A model generated the notes under the pieces. It was not told the DNA's origin and ran no database searches. It worked only from the letters and a program-made list of their open reading frames with translations. This document shows, in pieces, positions 10,723 to 18,071 of a stretch of 28,461 bases of DNA. This DNA comes from Candidatus Faecivivens stercoripullorum (GTDB taxonomy: Bacteria; Bacillota; Clostridia; Oscillospirales; Ruminococcaceae): the NCBI GenBank assembly GCA_018715285.1, contig DVLW01000203.1, positions 1-28,461 of the forward strand. The letters are read 5' to 3'. Position 1 is the first letter of the stretch. The number at the start of each line of letters is the position of its first letter. A program made the position numbers and the translations under genes.

Positions 10723-10742
10723 CTGGTATACATATTTTCAAA

Positions 10743-11903
10743 TCAGCAATGGGTCACCCGTGTTACTGCCAGTTCTCCCATCTGCGCCATCGATTTCCAT
10801 TCATTGCCCGCGACAATAAAGTGATCCACCAGATCGATGTCCATCATCTTGAGCAGACCCTGTAACCGGCTGGTCGTGCGGATATCCTCACTCGATGGAT
10901 AGGCACGTCCGCCCGGGTGGTTATGTGCCAGGATGACGTTGGGTGAATTGGAGATGATAGCCGTCTCACAAATCTGACGGACACTGACCCGTACCGCACT
11001 TGAACTTCCCTGTGCCAGCTGGGTACAGCTGACCAGACGGCAGTTATTGTCCAGACAAAGCAGGAAAATCGTTTCATTGGTCAGGCCGTAGAACTTACGC
11101 AGTAAATATTCCCCAACCTTCTGATCGGTATTCAGCAGGTCATTGGAACTGTTCTGTTCCTCAACTGCACGCTGCGCAACCTGCAACACCATATCCAGTA
11201 ATACCGCGGACTGACGGTTCATACCCCGAACCGTTTCCAGCAGGTCGACACCTGCGCCAAGTACACCATGAAGACTGCCGAAGCGTTCCATCAGGCTGTC
11301 GGCCAACATGGCAGTATTCCGCTGCGGGAAAGCGAAATGCAGCAGCATTTCCAGCACCTGACTGTTTTTAAACCCGGTGAGCTGATTGGCGAGGTAATAC
11401 CGCATATAGGTTTCACGGTGCTCAGACAGTTCGCTGTGTCCGATTGTATAAACCAGATTACTGTCATATTCCGGCGGGCCCTGCGGCTGGTCATCCGCAT
11501 TTGAAGGAAGCAGGTCATCTTCCTCGTCATCGTCCTCCTCGTCTTCATCCTCATCCGGCTGAACCGAAGGCACTGTGGTATTTCCGTCTGCCGAATCCGG
11601 CGTATTTTTGGATACCCGTTTGCGGCTTTTATGCGCAATCTCACCGACGCCGGGTACCGTTAAGGACTCATCATTTCCCAGCCAGATTGCGCGGATTTCC
11701 GGAGGCATATAGTCAACCGACTGAAAAGGGATATCCACCAGGAAAGATGCTTCCTGTGAAGTCCCGTCCTTAGTTTTCCGTTCGGCATCAGAAGCAGGTT
11801 CCGGCGAAGACGGGTCAGAGACCGTATATCTGTTAGCCGGAGGGTTCGGATTCGGACGCAGACGACGGATTGTTTCATTAGACAGCCTGCCTTCATGCTT
11901 CAT
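10743..11903 (-). CDS. radC: RadC/JAB-domain protein with a ~150-aa acidic, low-complexity N-terminal extension
   Basis: LEMLLHFAFPQRNT...RFGSL helical region and intact JAMM motif (E; HNHPGGRAYPSSED; DHFIV). Start ATG 11903 behind AGGGAG. Confidence 0.88.
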   Translation of the reverse strand: MKHEGRLSNETIRRLRPNPNPPANRYTVSDPSSPEPASDAERKTKDGTSQEASFLVDIPFQSVDYMPPEIRAIWLGNDESLTVPGVGEIAHKSRKRVSKNTPDSADGNTTVPSVQPDEDEDEEDDDEEDDLLPSNADDQPQGPPEYDSNLVYTIGHSELSEHRETYMRYYLANQLTGFKNSQVLEMLLHFAFPQRNTAMLADSLMERFGSLHGVLGAGVDLLETVRGMNRQSAVLLDMVLQVAQRAVEEQNSSNDLLNTDQKVGEYLLRKFYGLTNETIFLLCLDNNCRLVSCTQLAQGSSSAVRVSVRQICETAIISNSPNVILAHNHPGGRAYPSSEDIRTTSRLQGLLKMMDIDLVDHFIVAGNEWKSMAQMGELAVTRVTHC

Positions 11904-11961
11904 AACATTTACTCCCTGTGTGCGTAAAATTCCGTCTTTTACCACTGTTATCAACAGATTC

Positions 11962-11990
11962 AGTATAGCACAAAACTTATGTTCTTTCAA
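11962..11990 (-). promoter_or_regulatory. sigma-A promoter of radC
   Basis: TTGAAA-17 bp-TATACT with extended -10 TG on the minus strand. Confidence 0.7.
11972..11985 (-). promoter_or_regulatory. Candidate LexA (SOS) box
   Basis: AGAAC-ATAA-GTTTT matches the Firmicute GAAC-N4-GTT(C/T) pattern and lies between the -35 and -10 hexamers. Confidence 0.5.
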
Positions 11991-12086
11991 TAGCATTTTG
12001 GATAATTTGTTCGAATATTTTTGCGACCAAATTTTCTGGTTTTATCATCTGTTTTCATCCGAAAAATATATTTCGAAAAAAAGTAT

Positions 12087-12115
12087 TTGACAAATCCTGT
12101 CAGGTATGCTATACT
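12087..12115 (+). promoter_or_regulatory. sigma-A promoter of tRNA-Ser
   Basis: TTGACA-17 bp-TATACT, extended -10 TG, A-rich UP region. Confidence 0.8.
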
Positions 12116-12145
12116 ATAAAAGCTGTGTTAAACAGTTATAAATAC

Positions 12146-12236
12146 GGAGATGTATCGAAGTGGTCGTAACGAGAACGACTCGAAATCGTTTTGTCAGTAA
12201 AATGGCACGTGGGTTCGAATCCCACCATCTCCGCCA
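12146..12236 (+). tRNA. tRNA-Ser (anticodon CGA)
   Basis: Acceptor GGAGATG/CATCTCC, anticodon arm AACGA-CTCGAAA-TCGTT, long variable arm, T-arm GTGGG-TTCGAAT-CCCAC, discriminator G, encoded CCA. Confidence 0.96.
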
Positions 12237-12274
12237 GTTAAGAGATACCATGTAACAACGTGGTATCTCTTTTT
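12215..12274 (+). repeat. Direct repeat copy 1: tRNA-Ser 3' end plus terminator
   Basis: 57/60 identical to 12460-12519. Confidence 0.95.
12239..12274 (+). terminator. Intrinsic terminator of tRNA-Ser
   Basis: AAGAGATACCATG-TAACAA-CGTGGTATCTCTTTTT. Confidence 0.85.
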
Positions 12275-12293
12275 ATGTCCGCAAAACCTCTGT

Positions 12294-12470
12294 GTGGGAT
12301 TCGAACGGGAGCAGGCCCGGTGTCCGGGCGAACTTGATGACGAGGTTTGTACACGCCTTTGGTGCTCAGCAACTCAGGCGTTTCTTCCACGGTCATACGG
12401 TTCTTTCATGACAGTCCGGTGGGCTGTCAGAGCTGCGACCTGGCTCGCCCGCAGGCGAGTCGAATCCCAC
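12294..12470. mobile_element. Putative non-autonomous miniature element bounded by tRNA T-arm-derived inverted repeats
   Basis: GTGGGATTCGAAC (12294-12306) is the exact reverse complement of tRNA 12213-12225 and pairs with TCGAATCCCAC (12460-12470). It has several internal hairpins and its core recurs at about 19.96 kb. Mobility is inferred. Confidence 0.55.
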
Positions 12471-12519
12471 CATCTCCGCCAGTTAAGAGGTACCATGTAA
12501 TAACGTGGTACCTCTTTTT
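12460..12519 (+). repeat. Direct repeat copy 2: att-like duplicate of tRNA-Ser 3' end plus terminator
   Basis: TCGAATCCCACCATCTCCGCCAGTTAAGAG is exact for 30 nt, then the terminator carries three substitutions. Confidence 0.95.
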
Positions 12520-12622
12520 TTACATGCGTCAGCCATCTGATAACAGGCGAACCATTCCCTATCGATACTGGAATGCAAAATGACGCGGAACCTTTTATTT
12601 TATTGCAGAAAGGTGATTTCAG

Positions 12623-13548
12623 ATGAGTGATCTTTTTTTCGCGCTGGCAAACAGATTCTCCGAACAGCTCGGACAAAGCCGGTAATCTCCGTCCATACCG
12701 AACCTATGGCACCGGATGAACAGGGATATTCCGGTGCACGGCTGCAACGGCTGCTCTGCACAGACGAGGATGGAAAAACCGTCCGTTTTATCTGCAAGCA
12801 GACCACACTGCGCGAAATAAACGTCATGCAGGCATTGACCGACCAAAAACGCGGACATACACCTCTGAGCTGTTCTCTGCCGCAAGAGAACGACCAGCCG
12901 GGATGGTTTATCATGCAGGATATCCGCTCACAGGAAAAACTGCCGGACGATCTGAGGCAATGGAAACGGATGGTGGCCTCTTCACTCGCCGATATCCACA
13001 CCGATAATCTGGGCGGCAATTCCATCCCGCAGCTGCCCACAGCAGACGAAAACTACTGGAAAGAAATTACCTCAAAGATTTCCCTCAGCCATTTTTCCGA
13101 AATCTGCAAAAATAACGATGCCTTTGCCCGTAAATATGCCGGTATGCTTCCGTTACTCTGCCGACGCGCTGAAACATTCGTTGCAGACATGACCGCAATG
13201 AGCCGTGATACCGGCTGTATGACGGTTACCCACGGTGATTTGCAGCAGAATGACGGCGATCACGTGCGAATCTGGCAAGGCAGGCCGATGATTATTGACT
13301 GGGGATTTTGCCGGTATGCACCGTTTTATATCGATCTGGTCGACTATTTCACGCCCGATGAATCGATGGTTTATTGGGAAGAACTGCGCCGGAGAGGCGT
13401 TTTACTGAGCAGAGAAGACTTTGCCTGCCGGTTTCATGCGGCATCTCTCTACCCGGCATTTATCTACCTCTATCCTGCATTGATGCACTTTCTCCGTGGG
13501 GATGACACCCGGCTGGAGAGACTGCTTGCCATCTTCCGCAACGGATGA
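12623..13548 (+). pseudogene. APH/choline-kinase-family phosphotransferase, apparently frameshifted near the 5' end
   Basis: HGDLQQND and IIDWGF motifs in the 12706-13548 frame. The RBS-linked ATG at 12623 (AAAGGTGA) stops at 12683; one added base joins the frames. An intact shorter protein starting at 12706 is not excluded. Confidence 0.65.
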
Positions 13549-13559
13549 CAGACACCATT

Positions 13560-14317
13560 TTATACCTGCACCACGCCGTCCTGATCGGTCACAATCAGAG
13601 CACCCTCTGAAAGACCAAAGGCGGCTATTTCATTAAACGGGTAGATTTTTTCGCCGATTTTCTGCATACCGATCATCATCACACCGTCCGCATCAAAGCT
13701 GTACCAGAAGGTACCGGATGAGCCGGTGATTTTACGCCAGGCGCTTTTGACCGGCTGTCCATTCTCGTAATAATACCATTTTTCCCCGATCTGTTTCCAG
13801 CCATTTTCCGAAGCCGTCAGCCGCTTGTTGACCTCGGCGGCGATATACGGGAATTTGCTTTCGAGATACGGTCCGGGACAGGCGTCGCCGCAAACCATTT
13901 GTGCATGGTCAGGTTGCCGTTTTTATCGCCGGTGAAATTCAGCTTTTCGATATTATTCCGGCGGCAGATATCGGTGCACAGCTCAATCAGCTTTTCCATC
14001 GCCGTATCCGATACCTTCCAGTCAGGCGCACCGGTCAGGTTTGCAACCTCAATGGTAATCGCCTGATGGTCGTTTTCAGGATTAGAGCTGCACCAGGAAC
14101 GGTCTTTTTCCTCGACATACATGCCGACCCTGCCGTCATTATCCACCGCGTAGTTAGAGCTTGCCTGCCGGGAAGTTTTGGCAAACATAGCGCCGCACTC
14201 CTCGACGGTCATAAATCCAGCCATATGATGGATGGTAATCTTTTTGATTGCGCTGTTGCGCGGGCTGGTTTTGTTGGGACTGAGGATGGTATAATCCACA
14301 AGTTTACTGTTACTCAT
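13560..14317 (-). pseudogene. Phage-endolysin-like N-acetylmuramoyl-L-alanine amidase (Amidase_2) with cell-wall-binding repeats, split by a 1-nt deletion
   Basis: ITIHHMAG...ASSNYAV...AITIEV...HKWFAAT in one frame continues as ACPGPYL...GWKQIGEKWYYY...WYSFDADGVM in the next. Break at about 13885; AAAGGAG RBS before ATG 14317. Confidence 0.85.
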
Positions 14318-14389
14318 GAGATACTCCTTTTCAGATTCCCATCGGCTTCCCATTATATGTCCACTACCGGAAATATGTCCACCATCAGC

Positions 14390-15229
14390 TCATTCCAGAT
14401 AAAACACCGTCACTTCCGGCGGCACGCCAAACCGGACAGGATAATGAGATGTCCCGATACCGCGGTTGACATACAGCGCGGTATTTTCATTTAGCTGATA
14501 AAGCCCTTTCTGATACTTTTCTGTCAGCGAGGTTGTCAGCGGCGGCAAAAACGGGACGTCAACCTGTCCGCCATGACTGTGACCTGCCAGCATCAAATCA
14601 AAGCCGTCCTCCGCATACTGGTCGGCCCGATCAGGCTCATGCAGCATCAGAACTGAACAGGGATACTCATCCGGCGGATACTGCGCCAAAACCGGCTGGA
14701 TATCCGGTTCTCCCAACAGCGCGTCATCCAGACCAGCTAAAAGCAGCTGTTCCCCATTGTCAGTGGAAATCGTCACCGCCTCATTTTCAAGCAGCGCAAA
14801 ACCGGCTGCTTCCATAATCTGGCTGTACTGACGCGCCGCACCGCCGCCATAGTCACGGTTTCCCCAGATGGCGAATTTTCCATACCGCGGCTGAATCTGG
14901 GAAAGCTGAGCGATGAAATTTTCATCGTCATGAAATGCCGCAAAGTTTTCGTACAGGTCACCGGTAAACAGCAGAATATCCGGTTCAAGGCTGATAATCC
15001 TGTCCACCACCTTCTGAAAATGCCGGGTAGTATAGCTCTCACTGATCTGGATGTCTGAAACCTGTACAACCGTCAGCTGTTCTGAAAGTCCGGTATCCAG
15101 TGAAACCTCTTCCGTCCGGACGATGTACGGCTCGATTTTCAGTCCGTACCAGATACATCCCACCGCACACAGAAATATCATCAGCAGAATGCCAGCCGTC
15201 CATTTGATTACTTTTCCAATCTTTCTCAT
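14390..15229 (-). CDS. Calcineurin-like metallophosphoesterase (YkuE-like) with N-terminal TM/signal segment
   Basis: SDIQ, TGDL, GNRD, LMLHEPD, GHSHGGQ, NRGIG motifs. Start ATG 15229. Confidence 0.88.
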   Translation of the reverse strand: MRKIGKVIKWTAGILLMIFLCAVGCIWYGLKIEPYIVRTEEVSLDTGLSEQLTVVQVSDIQISESYTTRHFQKVVDRIISLEPDILLFTGDLYENFAAFHDDENFIAQLSQIQPRYGKFAIWGNRDYGGGAARQYSQIMEAAGFALLENEAVTISTDNGEQLLLAGLDDALLGEPDIQPVLAQYPPDEYPCSVLMLHEPDRADQYAEDGFDLMLAGHSHGGQVDVPFLPPLTTSLTEKYQKGLYQLNENTALYVNRGIGTSHYPVRFGVPPEVTVFYLE

Positions 15230-15239
15230 ACCATCACCG

Positions 15240-16037
15240 TTACCGCTCCGCTTGGATTGAACACCTGCTTTCATGCCGTGCGATCTCGGACTTAAAGTCA
15301 CGGCAGATTACATTTCCGGCCATCTGCTGCGGCTGTACCTCACAGCATACCGCCGCTGGGATACCATCCGGTGCGGTTGCAGCCGGCGTTCCGTCCGCTG
15401 CAAAAACCGTACTTCTGCCAAGAAAACTGGCATCCATTCCCGGCATCGATTCATTTCCGACCCGGTTTGCGACGATCAGCGGAGTGAGGTTTTCGATTGC
15501 CCGTACCCGTGCAATCATCTGGCTGGTTTCGCCGCCGAAGTTAGCCGGGACACAGAAAAGTTCGGCACCTGCCTGCAACTGTTCCCGCGCAATTTCCGGG
15601 AACCACAGATCAAAGCAGATCTGTACACCGATGGTCAGTCCATCCAGCTGAAAAACGGTATTCTCGGTTCCAGATGCAAACAGCTTCTTCTCAAAGTCGG
15701 ACAGATGGATTTTCCGGTATTTTCCGATATACCTTCCTCTGCTGACTACGGCGGCGGTATTATAGATCAGCCCATTTTCCATCTCCGCCACCCCAAATAC
15801 CATCGAACACCGGTACCTTTCCGACAGCTGCCGCATCGCTTCAACCGTCCTTCCGCCGGGAACCGGTTCCGCGACCTCTGCCAGCGCTTCCCGGTTTGGG
15901 AAAAGATATCCTGTGCCGCAAAGTTCCGGCAGTACCGCCAGACCATCTTCAAACCCGCTCAGCTGATTTTCCACCATGCGGATATTTTTATCCAGACTGC
16001 GGGAAACATCGTACTGAATAAACCCTGCTTTCATCAT
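15240..16037 (-). CDS. Carbon-nitrogen hydrolase (nitrilase superfamily)
   Basis: Catalytic triad E (VLPELC), K (YRKIHL), C (ICFDLWFPE); RAIEN and NRVG motifs. Start ATG 16037. Confidence 0.9.
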   Translation of the reverse strand: MMKAGFIQYDVSRSLDKNIRMVENQLSGFEDGLAVLPELCGTGYLFPNREALAEVAEPVPGGRTVEAMRQLSERYRCSMVFGVAEMENGLIYNTAAVVSRGRYIGKYRKIHLSDFEKKLFASGTENTVFQLDGLTIGVQICFDLWFPEIAREQLQAGAELFCVPANFGGETSQMIARVRAIENLTPLIVANRVGNESMPGMDASFLGRSTVFAADGTPAATAPDGIPAAVCCEVQPQQMAGNVICRDFKSEIARHESRCSIQAER

Positions 16038-16127
16038 CAAAACACATCCTGTTCTTTTCGCATATAAAAAGATGATCCTCAGGCGGCCAGCTATTTTGAA
16101 CTGCCGCATGAGGATCATATTCTGTTT

Positions 16128-17327
16128 TCAATTCGTTTGAGAGGAAACCGTACAGCCGCCATTTTCCCGGCGCTTAATCCGCCACAGCCATTCGGTCATC
16201 AGCAGCATTGCTCCGGCAATGCACAGCAGAATCACCGGATAGGGCGCCATTCCGAACTTTCCGACTACAGCACCGACAATCGGCGGCGTAAAGGTCGAGC
16301 CGACATACGCACTCGCCATCTGAACGCCCATAATCGACTGAGAAGCATCTCTACCGAAGTTGTCCGGCGTCGAATGGATGATACTCGGGTAAATCGGCGC
16401 ACAGCCAAGCCCGATCAGCAGCAGTCCGGCACAGAGGACAATTTCCGGAGCAGGTACCATCATCAGCACCATACCGCCGAGAATCACAATCTCACCCATC
16501 CGGATGAGCGTCTTATCTGTCAGCCGTCCCGCGATAAATCCGCATCCACCGCGTCCAAGGGTAATCCCGAGGTAGAACAGCGAAATCCATGCCGCAGCCT
16601 TTTCGGGCGAAACACCTCTGTATCCAACCATATAGCTGCTTCCCCAAAGTCCGACCGCTGCCTCAACCGAGCAGTAACAGAAAAATGCGATCAACACCTG
16701 TCTGGCACCCGGCATTTTAAGGATCTCCGGGATAGAACGGGAATGTCCTTCCACTTTTTCGCCGTCCCACTGAGCGGTAATTTTCTTTTTCCACATCGGC
16801 AGCGACAAAAACAACACAGCCGTCAGTACAAACTGCACGATACCAATTGCCCGGTACCCTGCCGGCCATCCCATGCCGCGTGTCAGGCAGAATCCCATCA
16901 CATACGGTCCAGCCGTCGCGCCCAGTCCCCACATACAGTGCAGCCAGCTCATATGCCGCGCCTCATAATGCAGCGCGACGAAGTTATTCAGTGCCGCGTC
17001 GACGCTTCCTGCACCCAGACCATACGGCAGTGCCCACAAAAACAGCATCCAGTATTCCCTTGTGACCGAAAAACCGATCAACGCCGCTGCTGTCATTGCG
17101 ACGCTGACAGCGGTCACCTTTCCGGTACCAAATCTGCGGATCATCCGGTCACTGAGCAGGCTGGATATAATGGTACATCCCGCAATCGTCATCGATACAG
17201 CGCCAGCCGCGCCGACCGGAACGCCCATTTCCGGCTGCATACTCGGCCAGGCGGCGCCGAGAAGTCCATCTGGCAGTCCCAAGCTGATAAAGGACAGATA
17301 GATAATTGCCAGCAATAATGAAACCAT
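16128..17327 (-). CDS. MFS transporter
   Basis: About 12 hydrophobic segments; motif A-like LSDRMIRRFGTG; second-half AGRLTDK. Confidence 0.9.
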   Translation of the reverse strand: MVSLLLAIIYLSFISLGLPDGLLGAAWPSMQPEMGVPVGAAGAVSMTIAGCTIISSLLSDRMIRRFGTGKVTAVSVAMTAAALIGFSVTREYWMLFLWALPYGLGAGSVDAALNNFVALHYEARHMSWLHCMWGLGATAGPYVMGFCLTRGMGWPAGYRAIGIVQFVLTAVLFLSLPMWKKKITAQWDGEKVEGHSRSIPEILKMPGARQVLIAFFCYCSVEAAVGLWGSSYMVGYRGVSPEKAAAWISLFYLGITLGRGGCGFIAGRLTDKTLIRMGEIVILGGMVLMMVPAPEIVLCAGLLLIGLGCAPIYPSIIHSTPDNFGRDASQSIMGVQMASAYVGSTFTPPIVGAVVGKFGMAPYPVILLCIAGAMLLMTEWLWRIKRRENGGCTVSSQTN

Positions 17328-17433
17328 GATTTTCTCTCCCGTCTTGCAATACTATTGCTGAAAGCCGCCGGTTTATTTCCCCACTTTTATGTATGAGAGG
17401 TGGAAAAAGTGGCTGCCGCAGCCCATTTATCTG

Positions 17434-17462
17434 ATTATAACACGGAGCAACTGCCGCCGCAA
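17434..17462 (-). promoter_or_regulatory. sigma-A promoter for the MFS operon
   Basis: TTGCGG-17 bp-TATAAT with extended -10 TG. Confidence 0.55.
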
Positions 17463-17516
17463 TCGGGATAAGGTGATTTTCATATTATGGAAAAACACGG
17501 GCTTTGCGCACCGCCA

Positions 17517-18059
17517 TCATTTTTTCCGGTTCAGCTTTAGAACCAGTTTTCTTTCGTCTGCGATTTGCTGCAAGATACCGGCTGCCAGCTTTGCCCTGTC
17601 TTTTTGCGGCATTGTACCGGCGTTATCCTGCGTATCGATCAGTGCCATCGCCCACTGCAAATCCGGCAGTTCCATCAGGTTGACCGCCAGTGAGAACAGA
17701 GTCTTTTTGCGGCCGTCGTTATATTCCGACAACAGCCGGTGCAAAATCTCCACCTTTTCCCGCTGTACCACATTATACGCTTCAATCCCATCCCGTGCCG
17801 CCAGTGCCAGATCATCCATCTGACGACGGTGGGTAATAAAAGAATCATACTGACCCGCATCCCGGTATTTTTCACATGGAAATTCCCGGCATTCAAAGCA
17901 GTATTCCACCCCATCATGCGCAAGACTGCACCGCGCAATTGCACAGGACTGGTTGCCATTGCCGCATCCGCCGCAGTAATCCCCAATCCGCATCGTGCAA
18001 AGCCCGCAGTTCAGACCACAAAGGGAAAGCAGCTGGTTTTTGCGAACAAAACCTTTCAT
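17517..18059 (-). CDS. DUF3795-like Cys-rich protein
   Basis: CGLNCGLC...CGGC...CAIARC...YCFECREFPC pattern followed by a helical C-terminus. Confidence 0.8.
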   Translation of the reverse strand: MKGFVRKNQLLSLCGLNCGLCTMRIGDYCGGCGNGNQSCAIARCSLAHDGVEYCFECREFPCEKYRDAGQYDSFITHRRQMDDLALAARDGIEAYNVVQREKVEILHRLLSEYNDGRKKTLFSLAVNLMELPDLQWAMALIDTQDNAGTMPQKDRAKLAAGILQQIADERKLVLKLNRKK

Positions 18060-18071
18060 CCTGCACCCGCC

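Noticed and set aside
12333-12380. CTTGATGA resembling the hammerhead ribozyme core CUGAUGA
   Set aside because: The core has an extra U, there is no downstream GAAA or three-way junction, and the other two copies read CTTGATGC.
12294-12676. Short ORFs overlapping the tRNA-linked element (12294-12500, 12347-12583, 12374-12676)
   Set aside because: They cross repeats and terminators, lack an RBS and resemble no protein; the region is better explained as structured non-coding DNA.
16137-17318. Long antisense ORFs (also 6114-7226, 20364-21413, 24536-25315, 26360-27130)
   Set aside because: Shadow frames of well-supported genes, expected from codon bias; no RBS or family motifs.
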